Shown here one piece after another: positions 1-10,298 of a DNA stretch of 64,000 nucleotides. The notes below the pieces were generated by a model. It saw nothing but the letters and a program-made list of their open reading frames with translations, had not been told where the DNA came from and did not search any database. Origin of the DNA: an uncultured Bacilli bacterium. Its GTDB lineage: Bacteria > Bacillota_I > Bacilli_A > RF39 > UBA660. The position numbers and the translations under genes were made by a program. The stretch is taken from positions 33,274 through 97,273 of the forward strand of contig CAKPBJ010000004.1 of the NCBI GenBank assembly GCA_934140575.1. Direction: 5' to 3'. Position 1 is the stretch's first letter. Each line of letters opens with the position of its first letter.

Positions 1-247
1 GGATTGCTCCTGTTTGTCCTTGGAATCCACCACCAGATACTTTTGCATCTACATCAAACATTTCAACAGTATTAGTTAATACTAATGGTTGACTTAAATC
101 CATAACACAGATTTCTGAAGGGAAGTATTCTCTTACATCTCTACCATTAACTGTGATTTTTCCTTTTCCTGGTGTTAATGTAACTCTTGCTACACTTGAC
201 TTTCTATGTCCAGTACCAGTATAAACATTCTTCTTTTCTTTTGCCAT
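1..247 (-). CDS. rpsI: 30S ribosomal protein S9 (partial; runs off window edge)
   Basis: The reverse-strand translation from ATG at 247 reads [24 protein letters not shown], the typical uS9 N-terminus. It is truncated by the window start. Confidence 0.85.
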   Translation of the reverse strand, partial: MAKEKKNVYTGTGHRKSSVARVTLTPGKGKITVNGRDVREYFPSEICVMDLSQPLVLTNTVEMFDVDAKVSGGGFQGQTGAI

Positions 248-259
248 TACTTAACCCTC

Positions 260-691
260 CTACTTAACTTCAAGTACTTCTGGCTTTTGAGCCTCGTGCT
301 TGTGTTCACTTTCTGCATAAACAAATAACTTCTTAGCCATTTGTCTACCTAATCTATTATGAGGTAACATTCCTGTTACTGCTCTTTCCATCATTTCAAC
401 TGGATAGCTTTCTCTCATAGTTTTTGCAGTTCTTTCTCTTAATCCACCTGTATACATTGAGTGATTATAGTACATTTTGTTTTCTAACTTGTTACCAGTT
501 AAATTTACTTTTTGAGCATTAACAATAATGATATAATCTCCACAATCAATATGTGGTGTATAAGTTGGTTTGTGTTTTCCACGTAAGTATGCTGCTGCTA
601 ATGAAGCAACTCTACCTAAAGATTTTCCTTCAGCGTCAATAACATACCATTTACGGTCTACAGTTTCTTTCTTTTGCATATAACTTGTCAT
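260..691 (-). CDS. rplM: 50S ribosomal protein L13
   Basis: The 143-aa ORF has uL13-family sequence ([17 protein letters not shown]...[10 protein letters not shown]) and sits directly upstream of rpsI in the conserved rplM-rpsI pair. Confidence 0.95.
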   Translation of the reverse strand: MTSYMQKKETVDRKWYVIDAEGKSLGRVASLAAAYLRGKHKPTYTPHIDCGDYIIIVNAQKVNLTGNKLENKMYYNHSMYTGGLRERTAKTMRESYPVEMMERAVTGMLPHNRLGRQMAKKLFVYAESEHKHEAQKPEVLEVK

Positions 692-1146
692 ATTTTTCTC
701 CTTTTACTTAAATCAGACTTTCCCACGGCCTAATTTATGTGGGGATTTAATGTACCGATTGTAATTATACTAAAAAAACTATTAAAAATCAATAGTTTTT
801 GATTTTTTTGTATAGTTTCATCGCTTTATTTTACAATCATTTTTGCTTTCTTCCATTTGTATATTGATATTCTGATTTAACTTTCTTTGTTTTCTAATTT
901 GTTCTTAATTCTCTTCGTATTGCTAACTTAGCAATTATCGCTTGTTCATAAATTGTCTGTTTTTCTTTTTTTGTTGATGCATGTTTTAATCTTTTCTTAC
1001 TTTTATAATCTACTAATTTTTCATATGTTGAAATAAAATTTGGTATTTTATTAACTACTTTAAATTTCACTTTTTCAACTAAGAATACAGCTTTTTGGAA
1101 TTTTTTTCCTCCTGGTTTTTTATTCTACTATTTTTTTGTATTTTTA

Positions 1147-1881
1147 TCAATTAAATTTCACATCTACTAAATATAATCCTTCGGCAGGAGCAGTTTTTCC
1201 TGCTTTTAACCTATCTTTTGATTCAATTATTTCTTTTATTTTATTCGGCTCTAGTTTATTTTCTCCAACTTTTATAAGTATACCAACCATATTTCTTACT
1301 TGATATCTCATAAAACCATTCCCTATAAAAGTTATAGTTAATTTATTATTATCTTCTTCTATATTTGTTTCTGTGATTGTTCTTATACAATTTTCTTTTT
1401 CTTTATTATCAGTTACAAAGGCTCTAAAATCATGTGTTCCTTTAAAATACTCTATGGCTTTTTTCATGGCATTGATATTTAATTTATAGTTATATTGGAA
1501 TACATAATTTCTTTCTATTGGATTATATTCACCTAGATTTATTATATATTTATATGTTTTTTCTGCTACATTATATCTTGCATGAAAATTATCATTTACA
1601 ATTTTTGTATCTATTACATGAATATCTTCTGGTAGGTTACTATTAAGTGCTCTTTTTAATTTATATTCTGTTATTGATACCTTAATATCTGCATGTCCAT
1701 ATTGTGATAATGCATGTACTTTTTTGTCTGTTCTACCAGTTGATGTTATAGTTGTCTTTACGCCGTTATTTATTTTTGTTAAAGCTTCTTCTAGTTTGCC
1801 TTCTATAGTATTTAGACCTGGTTGTTTTTGATATCCTGAGTAATTTGTACCATCATATGAAAATTTTATTAAAAAGCGCAT
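1147..1881 (-). CDS. truA: tRNA pseudouridine(38-40) synthase TruA
   Basis: The 244-aa ORF starts MRFLIKFSYDGTNYSGYQKQPG, the TruA family N-terminus. It lies in the conserved position between the ecfA genes and rplM. Confidence 0.9.
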   Translation of the reverse strand: MRFLIKFSYDGTNYSGYQKQPGLNTIEGKLEEALTKINNGVKTTITSTGRTDKKVHALSQYGHADIKVSITEYKLKRALNSNLPEDIHVIDTKIVNDNFHARYNVAEKTYKYIINLGEYNPIERNYVFQYNYKLNINAMKKAIEYFKGTHDFRAFVTDNKEKENCIRTITETNIEEDNNKLTITFIGNGFMRYQVRNMVGILIKVGENKLEPNKIKEIIESKDRLKAGKTAPAEGLYLVDVKFN

Positions 1882-1890
1882 ATAAACCTC

Positions 1891-2682
1891 CTATACGTGT
1901 TTGTAAATATCTTTTATTATATCTCTTATATCTTTATGATAATCAATATTTATATTTTTCTTTTTTTTAGCAATATATGTAAATTCAACTATTTCTGGAA
2001 TTGTTATTTTATTTCTTGTTAAAAAGTCTACTCTTTTATATAATTCCTCTGTTTCTCCTTCTGCAAGTATTTTATCATTTTTAAAGATAATTAAGTGAGT
2101 TGTATATTTATGTAGAATATTACTATTGTTTGAAACAAATATAATTGTTTTGTTATAGATATCTTTCATTTTATTTAGAAGCATAATTATTTTTTTCTCA
2201 TTTATTTTGTCTAAAAATTTGAAAGGCTCTATAATAATAATTAATGATGGATTTGATAAAAGGCCCATTGCTATTTGGATTAGCTTTTTTTCTGATGATG
2301 ATAATGTATAAATGTTTCTTTTTAGAATATCTTGATCTAATTCAACTATTTTTATTGAATCTTTTATTTTTTTATCTGGATTTTTTAGCTTTAATTTTCT
2401 TCTTATTATTTCATAATATAATAAATCATAAACTGTTTGTAGTTTTATATTTTCATCTATTTCTTCATTAATTATACTAATTTTATTTTTATATTTATTT
2501 ATATTATCTTTTGTTAATTCTTCTTGATCTATTATTATTTTGCCTCTATATGTATTTTTTAAATTTATAATTCTTACTAATTCTTCAGTATCCTTACCTG
2601 TTATTCCATTTATTTTTGCTTTTTCTATTGTAAAGTTTAGGAGATTGTCTTTATATTTGTAATTTTTAAATATCATTTCCAT
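1891..2682 (-). CDS. ABC-type ATPase-like protein with degenerate motifs (EcfA2 position)
   Basis: This is a 263-aa ABC-ATPase fold in the syntenic ecfA2 slot. Its Walker A is degenerate (GITGKD), its signature reads LSSSE, its Walker B reads IIIIEP rather than hhhhDE, and its H-loop His is replaced (SNNSN). Confidence 0.6.
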   Translation of the reverse strand: MEMIFKNYKYKDNLLNFTIEKAKINGITGKDTEELVRIINLKNTYRGKIIIDQEELTKDNINKYKNKISIINEEIDENIKLQTVYDLLYYEIIRRKLKLKNPDKKIKDSIKIVELDQDILKRNIYTLSSSEKKLIQIAMGLLSNPSLIIIIEPFKFLDKINEKKIIMLLNKMKDIYNKTIIFVSNNSNILHKYTTHLIIFKNDKILAEGETEELYKRVDFLTRNKITIPEIVEFTYIAKKKKNINIDYHKDIRDIIKDIYKHV

Positions 2683-3458
2683 AATTCTTCAACCATCCTA
2701 TTCATATCAAGTGTTAGTTTTGTTATTAATTCGTAATCTCTTAGTTTAACAGATAAGTCAACCATAAATGGTAAGTTAAGTCCTGCTTTATTTATTAAGT
2801 TGTCTCTTTGTAATATTGTAATTGGCTCTCCAGATAAAAGTGTTCTTCCCTCATCTATTATGTATAAATAGTCTGAGTAAAGGCTTTGGTTTAAATCTAT
2901 TGTTGTCATAATTACGGTTAAGCCAAATTTATCTCTATAATCTCTTAAAAAGTTATATACGTTTTCAAGTTCTTTTAAATCTAAGTAATTATCAATATTA
3001 TCCAATAGTAGAATGTCAGGATGATTTATTAGGGCAACTGCAATTTGAGCTAATACAATTTCACTTGTTGATAATGTATTTATCTCTTTGTTTAACATTC
3101 TTTTTATTTTTAGTCCTTTTACTATGTAATTCATAAATATTCTTTTATCTTTATCAAGTAATTCTGATTGGAATGATAATTCTTCTTCTAATGTATTTTC
3201 TATAAAAATTATTTCCTTTGGAATTACACTTCTTACTATCTTTAGATATTCATCAGGTTTATATTCGTTTATGTTTTTTCCATATAATATTATATTACTA
3301 TCTAATTTTATTTCTCTTCTTAAAATTCTTATAAGTGTAGTTTTGCCACAGTTATTTTTACCTGAGATAGTTGTAATTTTATTTTTTTCGATATAAATAC
3401 TTAAATTATTAAAAATATTTTTATATTTTAAGTCATTAATATTTAAAATAACATCCAT
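2673..3458 (-). CDS. ABC-type ATPase-like protein with degenerate catalytic motifs (EcfA1 position)
   Basis: The 261-aa ORF keeps a Walker A (GKNNCGKTT), but its signature reads LSTSE, its Walker B reads ILLLDN (the catalytic Glu is missing), and its H-loop His is replaced (TTIDL). It overlaps the next gene by 10 nt. Confidence 0.6.
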   Translation of the reverse strand: MDVILNINDLKYKNIFNNLSIYIEKNKITTISGKNNCGKTTLIRILRREIKLDSNIILYGKNINEYKPDEYLKIVRSVIPKEIIFIENTLEEELSFQSELLDKDKRIFMNYIVKGLKIKRMLNKEINTLSTSEIVLAQIAVALINHPDILLLDNIDNYLDLKELENVYNFLRDYRDKFGLTVIMTTIDLNQSLYSDYLYIIDEGRTLLSGEPITILQRDNLINKAGLNLPFMVDLSVKLRDYELITKLTLDMNRMVEELWK

Positions 3459-3490
3459 TTTACCACTCCCCTGAATTAATATTAAAAGCC
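3459..3490. terminator. hairpin with flanking T/A runs (possible intrinsic terminator)
   Basis: agccaactgttagctggct forms an imperfect 8-bp stem, followed by TTTTTTC on the plus strand and TTTTAAT on the minus strand. It sits between the SDR gene stop and the ecfA-like start. Confidence 0.4.
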
Positions 3491-3495
3491 AACTG

Positions 3496-4251
3496 TTAGC
3501 TGGCTTTTTTCTTTTGAATTCTATAAATTATTCTTAATAAGAATTTATCTGAAACAAATCTACTAAAGAATTTTGCACATTTCATTTTAAAGCCTGGAAT
3601 AATTAACATCTTGTTTTCTAGTGTTTTATCAATGGCGTAGCGTGCTACAAAAGCACTTTTTAATGGTTTAACTGAAAATTTCACCTTTGCTACATTATTA
3701 AAGTTAGTTTCTACTGGACCTGGGCATAGTACAGATACGTGTACTTTTGTTTTCTTTTTCTTTTCTTCATAGTATAATGCCTCTGTTAGTTGATATACAT
3801 ATGATTTTGTTGCATAATATGTACTCATTAATGGTCCAGGCTGGAAAGCTGCAGATGATGCGACATTTAATATATATGTATCTGAATCACGTTTTTCCAT
3901 ATCTTTTACAAATGATTTAGTTAATATATGAACTGCTTTGATATTTGTATTAATTAATTCTAAATCCTTGTTAAGGTCTGTTTCTGATAATGGTCCAAAG
4001 TCTCCTAATCCGGCATTATTTATTAACATATCAATATTTTCTTTTTTTGCTAATGCATACAATTCTTTTACTTTTTGTTCTTGAGAAAGGTCTGCAACTA
4101 TTATTGTTACTTTTGTAGGAAGTTTTTCTTGTATTTCTTCTAGCTTTTCTTTGTTTCTAGCTACTAATATTAACTCCCATTTTTTTGTTGCGAGATATCT
4201 AGCCATATCTAGTCCTATACCAGATGATGCGCCTGTTATTAATGCTTTCAT
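3496..4251 (-). CDS. short-chain dehydrogenase/reductase (SDR) family oxidoreductase
   Basis: MKALITGASSGIGLDMARYL carries the TGxxxGIG Rossmann motif, and YxxxK is present. The likely start is the internal ATG at 4251, preceded by GGGTGA. Confidence 0.8.
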   Translation of the reverse strand: MKALITGASSGIGLDMARYLATKKWELILVARNKEKLEEIQEKLPTKVTIIVADLSQEQKVKELYALAKKENIDMLINNAGLGDFGPLSETDLNKDLELINTNIKAVHILTKSFVKDMEKRDSDTYILNVASSAAFQPGPLMSTYYATKSYVYQLTEALYYEEKKKKTKVHVSVLCPGPVETNFNNVAKVKFSVKPLKSAFVARYAIDKTLENKMLIIPGFKMKCAKFFSRFVSDKFLLRIIYRIQKKKAS

Positions 4252-4314
4252 AAAATCACCCATTTCTCTTTTATTATAGCAAATTGTCAGCTGTTTTTCC
4301 ACTTAAATATTGCA

Positions 4315-4342
4315 TCAAAAAAGCAAGTAAAACTACTTGCTT
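4315..4342 (-). terminator. rho-independent terminator after rplQ
   Basis: The minus strand reads AAGCAAGTAgttttTACTTGCTT followed by TTTTTTGATG, directly downstream of the rplQ stop. Confidence 0.7.
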
Positions 4343-4347
4343 AAAAA

Positions 4348-4746
4348 TTATTTGTCTTCTTTTTTAGATTTTTTTGTTTCTTTTGTTTCTTCAGGTTTAG
4401 TTTCTTCAACTAATCTTAAAATTACCATTAAGGCATTGTCTCCACGTCTTTCATCTAATTTTAAGATTTGTGTATAACCACCATTACGATTTTCATAGCG
4501 TTTTGCTAAGTCATTAAATATTTTATCAACAACTTTTTTGTCATTATGTAAGAAAGCTAATGCTTTACGACGAGAAACTAAGTCACCTTTCTTTCCATAA
4601 GTAATCATCTTATCAACGAACTTACGTACTTCTTTGGCTCTAGTTTCAGTTGTTGTGATTGATTCATTTAAAACTACTTGCTTTGTTAATGTAGCTAATA
4701 AACTTCTTCTATGTTTATTATCTGAACCTAATTTTCTATATGCCAT
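4348..4746 (-). CDS. rplQ: 50S ribosomal protein L17
   Basis: [25 protein letters not shown] is the bL17 family N-terminus. The protein carries a K/E-rich C-terminal tail and follows rpoA. Confidence 0.95.
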   Translation of the reverse strand: MAYRKLGSDNKHRRSLLATLTKQVVLNESITTTETRAKEVRKFVDKMITYGKKGDLVSRRKALAFLHNDKKVVDKIFNDLAKRYENRNGGYTQILKLDERRGDNALMVILRLVEETKPEETKETKKSKKEDK

Positions 4747-4763
4747 AGTTACTCCTCCTTATT

Positions 4764-5714
4764 TTAGTCATCATCACGTAAGATTAAGCCCATATCTCTA
4801 ATTTTATCTAATACTTCTTTTAGAGATTTTTTACCTAAATTACGTATTTTCATCATATCAGATTCACTCTTATTTACAAGATCTTGTAATGTATGAATTC
4901 CTGCTCTCTTTAAGCAATTATATGCTCTTACTGAGAAGTCTAAATCTTCTATTGATGTTTCTAAAGCTTTAACTTTTGGATCTTCTGTTTTTTCAATCAT
5001 CATTCCACTTACATCAGCGATTGCTGATAAATCAGTTAAGATTTCTAAGTGTTCGATTAAAATTCTTGATGCTAATGCTATTGCTTCTTCAGGTTTAATT
5101 GAACCATTTGTCCAAACATCTAAAGTTAATTTATCATAACTTTCATCTTGTCCTACACGAGCATTTCCAACTTCATATGAAACTCTTTCAATAGGAGAAT
5201 AAATTGAGTCAATAGCAATTTCTCCAACACCTTTTATATCATGAATTCTCTTGTTATCTTCACTTCTAACATATCCACGACCATTTGTAACAGTCATTTC
5301 CATGCTGAAAGATGCACCTTTTGATAAAGTACAAATAACTTTATCTGGGTTAATTACTTCAATATCTGCATCATGTTCAATATCTGCTGCAGTTACTTCT
5401 CCTTCTTTTGTTGTGTTGATACGTACAACCTTTGCTTCATTTGAATGATTTTTAAATACTATTCCTTTTAAGTTTAAGATAATAGTAATTACATCTTCAT
5501 ATACTCCATCAATTGTTTGGAATTCATGAAGTACTCCATCAATTTTAATACTACTGATAGCGCTTCCTGGAAGAGATGATAGCATAACTCTTCTTAATGC
5601 ATTACCGATTGTAGTACCAAAACCTCTTTCTAATGGTTCTAGTTCGAATTTTCCATAAAAATTACTTTCTACAGAATCAGTTATTTTATAAATTGGTTTT
5701 TCAAATTGTAACAT
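4764..5714 (-). CDS. rpoA: DNA-directed RNA polymerase subunit alpha
   Basis: The 316-aa ORF has the RpoA N-terminal dimerisation domain and a C-terminal domain motif (VRAYNCLKRAGI). It follows rpsK. Confidence 0.95.
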   Translation of the reverse strand: MLQFEKPIYKITDSVESNFYGKFELEPLERGFGTTIGNALRRVMLSSLPGSAISSIKIDGVLHEFQTIDGVYEDVITIILNLKGIVFKNHSNEAKVVRINTTKEGEVTAADIEHDADIEVINPDKVICTLSKGASFSMEMTVTNGRGYVRSEDNKRIHDIKGVGEIAIDSIYSPIERVSYEVGNARVGQDESYDKLTLDVWTNGSIKPEEAIALASRILIEHLEILTDLSAIADVSGMMIEKTEDPKVKALETSIEDLDFSVRAYNCLKRAGIHTLQDLVNKSESDMMKIRNLGKKSLKEVLDKIRDMGLILRDDD

Positions 5715-5758
5715 GAAACTAACCTCCCTTTACTTTTTTTCACAAACTAATTTCTAAA

Positions 5759-6142
5759 TTATCCACGAGGACGTTTTGGTGGACGACATCCATTGTGTGG
5801 AATTGGTGTAACGTCAACGATTGATGTTACTTCTAGACCAGCTGTTTGTAATGAACGAATTGCAGTTTCACGACCTGGACCTAAACCTTTTACGCGAACT
5901 TCAACTTTACGCATACCCATATCGAATGCTGCTTTTCCTGCAGCTTCTGCAGCCATTCCTGCAGCGAATGGAGTTGATTTCTTACTTCCTTTGAAACCGA
6001 TTGCACCAGATGATGCCCAACTAATTACATTACCATCTTTATCTGTTAATGTTGTAATTGTATTATTAAATGTTGAATGAATATGAGCTATACCTTCTGG
6101 AACATTCTTTTTAACTTTTTTCTTTCTTGTTTTATAAGCCAT
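5759..6142 (-). CDS. rpsK: 30S ribosomal protein S11
   Basis: The 127-aa ORF has the uS11 sequence ([13 protein letters not shown]...[13 protein letters not shown]). Confidence 0.95.
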   Translation of the reverse strand: MAYKTRKKKVKKNVPEGIAHIHSTFNNTITTLTDKDGNVISWASSGAIGFKGSKKSTPFAAGMAAEAAGKAAFDMGMRKVEVRVKGLGPGRETAIRSLQTAGLEVTSIVDVTPIPHNGCRPPKRPRG

Positions 6143-6175
6143 AAGTCTTACCTCCTTTTAAATTTTATCCTTTAA

Positions 6176-6544
6176 CTAAACTTTCTTCTTATTTGCTACA
6201 GTTTTACCTTTACCCTTACGAGTACGAGCATTACGATTAGTTCTTTGTCCTCTTACAGGTAATCCTTTTTTATGACGACTTCCTTCATATGAGTTAATTT
6301 CCATCTTTGTTTTAATGTTCATGTTAACTTCACGACGTAAGTCACCTTCAGTTAAATGTTTATTGATTTCATCACGAATTTTAATTAAATCATCTTGTGA
6401 TAAATCTTTAGTTTTTGTAGTTGGATCAATGTCAACTTCTTTTAAAATTTGTTTTGCAAGACTTCTTCCAATACCATAAATGTATGTTAATGAAATACAG
6501 ATATGTTTATCATTTGGAATGTCTACACCTTTAATACGTGCCAT
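6176..6544 (-). CDS. rpsM: 30S ribosomal protein S13
   Basis: The 122-aa ORF starts [15 protein letters not shown], the uS13 N-terminus, and has an R/K-rich C-terminus. Confidence 0.95.
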   Translation of the reverse strand: MARIKGVDIPNDKHICISLTYIYGIGRSLAKQILKEVDIDPTTKTKDLSQDDLIKIRDEINKHLTEGDLRREVNMNIKTKMEINSYEGSRHKKGLPVRGQRTNRNARTRKGKGKTVANKKKV

Positions 6545-6564
6545 TTAATACACCTCCTATAAAT

Positions 6565-6678
6565 TATCCTTGAACTTGTTTGTGTTTTGGGTTTTCACAA
6601 ATAATTCTTACTTTTCCTTTACGCTTAATTACTTTACATTTTTCGCATATTGGTTTTACTGATGCTTTAACTTTCATA
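6565..6678 (-). CDS. rpmJ: 50S ribosomal protein L36
   Basis: This ORF is missing from the ORF track because it is under 60 aa. Reverse translation gives [37 protein letters not shown], a 37-aa zinc-ribbon bL36. Confidence 0.9.
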
Positions 6679-6691
6679 TTTTTCCCTCCTA

Positions 6692-6907
6692 TTATTTACG
6701 ATAGGTAATACGCCCACGTGTTAAATCATAAGGCGATAGTTCTATCATTACGGTATCTCCTGCTAAGATGCGAATATAATTCATTCGTATTTTACCAGAA
6801 ACGTGAGCTTCCACAATGTGTCCATTTTCCAATTGAACTTTGAATTTTCCTCCTGGAATAATTTCAAGAACTTTACCTTCAATTTCAATTGTATCTTCCT
6901 TAGCCAT
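6692..6907 (-). CDS. infA: translation initiation factor IF-1
   Basis: The 71-aa ORF has the S1-like OB fold of IF-1 ([32 protein letters not shown]). Confidence 0.95.
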   Translation of the reverse strand: MAKEDTIEIEGKVLEIIPGGKFKVQLENGHIVEAHVSGKIRMNYIRILAGDTVMIELSPYDLTRGRITYRK

Positions 6908-7023
6908 CTTTTCACTCTCCTGTCAATATTTTATCCATCGGCAGTTATTAATAGAGCGATGGAATTGTATCTATCTAAGAAGGTAATAAATACCTTCTTA
7001 TTATCAGATACTGATTTGATACA

Positions 7024-7677
7024 TTAATCTCTTATAATTTTATCAATTTTTTTAAATATATTTTCAACAGTATCATTACCGTCTACTTCTATTAACACTT
7101 TCTTATCTCTATAATGTTCTATTATTGGTTCAGTTTTTTCTATATACATTTGATATCTTGTATCGAATGCCTCTAGGTTATCATCAGATCTTTGATATAA
7201 CTTACCACCACAACTATCACATATAGAGTCTACTTGTGGAGAACTACTTTCATAGTTAATGTTATAAATTGTTTTACAATCTTCACATATTCTTCTTCCA
7301 ACAATTCTTTTCTCAAGTGTTTCTTTGTCTACATTTATTAAAATTACATTACCTACTTCATATCCTAGTTTATCTAAGATTTTGTCATATTCATAAGCTT
7401 GGTCTAAATTTCTAGGAAAACCATCAATTATAAAACCATGCTTACAATCATCTTTTTTTAATCTGTCTTCGATTAATTGATATGTAATTTCATCTTTTAC
7501 TAGCTTCCCGCTCGCTAATGTTTCAGCAACATATTGACCAATTTCATTATCTTGCTTGGAAATTTCTCTTAGGATATCTCCTGTTGAGATATGAGGTATG
7601 CCATATTTTTCTACTACCAATTCGGCTTGTGTACCTTTTCCTGCGGCAGGTGGAGCTATAAACATAACATTTTTCAT
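7024..7677 (-). CDS. adk: adenylate kinase
   Basis: The ORF has a P-loop (PPAAGKGTQ) and a zinc-binding LID domain (CEDC...CDSC), between secY and infA. Confidence 0.9.
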   Translation of the reverse strand: MKNVMFIAPPAAGKGTQAELVVEKYGIPHISTGDILREISKQDNEIGQYVAETLASGKLVKDEITYQLIEDRLKKDDCKHGFIIDGFPRNLDQAYEYDKILDKLGYEVGNVILINVDKETLEKRIVGRRICEDCKTIYNINYESSSPQVDSICDSCGGKLYQRSDDNLEAFDTRYQMYIEKTEPIIEHYRDKKVLIEVDGNDTVENIFKKIDKIIRD

Positions 7678-8948
7678 TATCTTCTACTATATCCTCTCTT
7701 ATAACTTCTAGTTAAAATACTTCCTTCTAGTTGTTTATAAGTTTCAAGTGCAACACCAACTACAATTAACAATCCTGTTCCACCTATTGTTACAGATGTT
7801 GGCAGACTTGTAATTTTAGAAAATATAATTGGTAGCCCTGCGATTACAGTTAAGAATGTTGCTCCTAAAATTGTTAATCTTGATAAGATTCTATTTACAT
7901 AGTTCTTTGTTTCATCTCCTGGTCTAATACCTGGAATGTAACCACCATTATCTTGTAAGTTCTTTGCAAATTCATCTGGTTTTAATTGGATGAATGTATA
8001 AAAATATGCAAAGAAGAAGATAAATATTACATATAATATAAATCCTACTGGAGTTGTATATGTTAAGTATTTTTGAACAATTACTGTGAAATTATCATTT
8101 TTTATAACTGTTGCAATAATACTTGGTATTGACATCAAGCTTGATGCGAATATTACTGGAATAACTCCTGCTGAATTTAATTTTATAGGCATAAAACTTT
8201 GGGCATTGCCATAAGCACTTGTTGATTTATTGGCATATTGTATTGGTATTCTTCGTTCTGATTCTTGAACAAATATCATTCCAATTACTATTGCAAAATA
8301 TACAATAACGAATAATGCAAATTTAACAATTCCAAGTGTTATAATTTGTGCTGTTCCATCAAATGTTACAAGGTTTGAAAACGCAGTGATAAACATTTGT
8401 GGAAGTGATGCAATAATTCCTGCCATAATTATTAGACTCATTCCATTTCCAAGGCCTTTTTGAGTGATTTGATCACCCAACCACATAAGTAGTGAAGTTC
8501 CAGCAGTTAAAACTGTTGCAATATACATATATTGCATTGGACTTTCACCTTTTCCAAAGAATGCAAAGGCAAATGCATATCCTTCAATAAAAGCGAATGC
8601 TACTCCTAAGTATCTTGTTATTTGACTGATTTTTTGTCTACCAGTATGTCCTTGTTTTCTTAATTCTGTAAAATATGGAATAATGTCCATTTGTAATAAT
8701 TGCATTATGATTGATGCCGTTATATAAGGCATAACTCCTAATGCGAATATTGAGAAGTTTTTAAGAGCTCCTCCTCCAATAGTATTTAACAATTCTAGGA
8801 AACCTAGACTTTCCGTTAAATCTTTTGTGCCTGGTACTCTAATTGAACATCCTAATACGAATATTGTTAGAGCAGCTAAAGTATAGTATATTCTATGACG
8901 TAAATCTTTATTTTCTGAAGTAAATAATTCCTTCATAAATTTAAACAT
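7677..8948 (-). CDS. secY: preprotein translocase subunit SecY
   Basis: The 423-aa polytopic membrane protein lies between rplO and adk, the conserved spc-operon position. Confidence 0.95.
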   Translation of the reverse strand: MFKFMKELFTSENKDLRHRIYYTLAALTIFVLGCSIRVPGTKDLTESLGFLELLNTIGGGALKNFSIFALGVMPYITASIIMQLLQMDIIPYFTELRKQGHTGRQKISQITRYLGVAFAFIEGYAFAFAFFGKGESPMQYMYIATVLTAGTSLLMWLGDQITQKGLGNGMSLIIMAGIIASLPQMFITAFSNLVTFDGTAQIITLGIVKFALFVIVYFAIVIGMIFVQESERRIPIQYANKSTSAYGNAQSFMPIKLNSAGVIPVIFASSLMSIPSIIATVIKNDNFTVIVQKYLTYTTPVGFILYVIFIFFFAYFYTFIQLKPDEFAKNLQDNGGYIPGIRPGDETKNYVNRILSRLTILGATFLTVIAGLPIIFSKITSLPTSVTIGGTGLLIVVGVALETYKQLEGSILTRSYKRGYSRR

Positions 8949-8949
8949 C

Positions 8950-9393
8950 TTAGATCACCTCAGCTTTACTTCCTGCCTCTTTAATCTTTTCTAATGCACT
9001 AGTTGAAAATTTATTAGCTTGAATAGTAATTTTCTTTTCAAGTTTACCATTTCCTAGTACTTTAACTCCATCTAATTGTTTTTTTAATAAACCAGTATCT
9101 TTTAATAATGCTGGTGTAACTACTGTTCCATCTTCAAAAACGTTTAAGTCTTCTACATTGATTGTTGCATAAACAGTTTTGAACTTAGCGTTTTTAAATC
9201 CTCTTTTAGGGATTCTTCTATATAATGGTAATTGTCCACCTTCAAATACTGGGTTGATACTACCACCACTACGTGCTTTTTGTCCTTTTTGTCCGCGACC
9301 ACTTGTTTTACCAAGACCACTACCTGATCCACGTCCTACACGTTTCTTTGCATGAGTAGCACCGATATTTTTTTCTAATTCATGTAACTTCAT
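8950..9393 (-). CDS. rplO: 50S ribosomal protein L15
   Basis: The 147-aa ORF has a Gly-rich N-terminus ([19 protein letters not shown]), typical of uL15. Confidence 0.95.
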   Translation of the reverse strand: MKLHELEKNIGATHAKKRVGRGSGSGLGKTSGRGQKGQKARSGGSINPVFEGGQLPLYRRIPKRGFKNAKFKTVYATINVEDLNVFEDGTVVTPALLKDTGLLKKQLDGVKVLGNGKLEKKITIQANKFSTSALEKIKEAGSKAEVI

Positions 9394-9899
9394 TATCCTA
9401 ATATCTCCTCTACTGTTTTTCCGCGAAGTGCAGCAACTTCTTCTACAGTCTTTATTGACTTTAATGCATTCATTGCAGCTCTTGCCATATTTAATTTTGT
9501 TCTTGCTCCTAGTGATTTAGATACAACATCACGAACTCCTGCTAAATCTAAGATAGCACGAACTGATCCACCAGCGATAACACCAGTACCTGCAGCAGCA
9601 GGCTTGATGATTACTCTAGCAGCTCCAGCTGTACCAATTGCTTCATGTGCAACTGTTCTTCCTTCGATTAGAGGGATTGTGATAATATTCTTGTTTGCAT
9701 CTTGTAATGCTTTTTTGATTGCATCAGGTACTTCGTTTGCTTTTCCAATACCTAATCCAACTTTACCTTTACGATCTCCGATAACAACTGTTGCAGAATA
9801 TCTTCTTTGACGTCCACCTTTGTTAACTTTAACAACGCTTTTAACATCAATTACTAATTCTTCGAATTGTTTTTCTTTAGAGTCATTTCTCTTTTGCAT
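9393..9899 (-). CDS. rpsE: 30S ribosomal protein S5
   Basis: The 168-aa ORF has the uS5 family sequence ([21 protein letters not shown]). Its stop abuts the rplO start, so no rpmD lies between them. Confidence 0.95.
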   Translation of the reverse strand: MQKRNDSKEKQFEELVIDVKSVVKVNKGGRQRRYSATVVIGDRKGKVGLGIGKANEVPDAIKKALQDANKNIITIPLIEGRTVAHEAIGTAGAARVIIKPAAAGTGVIAGGSVRAILDLAGVRDVVSKSLGARTKLNMARAAMNALKSIKTVEEVAALRGKTVEEILG

Positions 9900-9911
9900 A
9901 TTACCCTCCTA

Positions 9912-10274
9912 TTAGAATTCTAATCCGTTTTCACGTGCAGCTTCAGCTAAAGCTTTAACACGTCCGTGATAAAGGTAACCACCTCTATCAAATACTACTT
10001 TTGTAATTTTAGCTTTTGTAGCTTTTTCAGCGATTGCTTTTCCAACAACCTTAGCTGCTTCTACATTACTTCCATTTTCAATTTTTAGATCTTTATCTAA
10101 TGAGGAAGCTGATACAAGAGTAGTTCTAGTTTCATCATCTATGATTTGTGCATAAATTCCATTATTAGAACGGAATACACATAATCTTGGTATAGCGCTT
10201 GTTCCCATTAATGTTTTACGAATTCTTTCGTGACGAGATTCACGCATTTTATTACGAGATTCTTTTTTAATCAT
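9912..10274 (-). CDS. rplR: 50S ribosomal protein L18
   Basis: The 120-aa ORF has uL18 family sequence ([18 protein letters not shown]). Confidence 0.95.
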   Translation of the reverse strand: MIKKESRNKMRESRHERIRKTLMGTSAIPRLCVFRSNNGIYAQIIDDETRTTLVSASSLDKDLKIENGSNVEAAKVVGKAIAEKATKAKITKVVFDRGGYLYHGRVKALAEAARENGLEF

Positions 10275-10298
10275 ATAACTTTTCTCCCTTCCTACTTA

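Noticed and set aside
894-1070. A K/R-rich 58-aa ORF with a GTG start in the 455-nt truA-rplM spacer. It vaguely resembles small basic ribosomal proteins.
   Set aside because: There is no Shine-Dalgarno sequence before the GTG and no ATG in frame. The similarity is low-complexity Lys-rich. This is probably a non-coding leader of the rplM-rpsI operon.
5251-6080. Plus-strand ORFs of 60-120 aa lying antisense inside ribosomal-protein and other minus-strand genes (for example 5251-5448, 5793-6080, 9604-9810, 14972-15157, 22728-23042, 31364-31678).
   Set aside because: They fall entirely within well-supported genes on the opposite strand, have low-complexity composition and have no RBS. These are typical antisense artefacts in an AT-rich genome.
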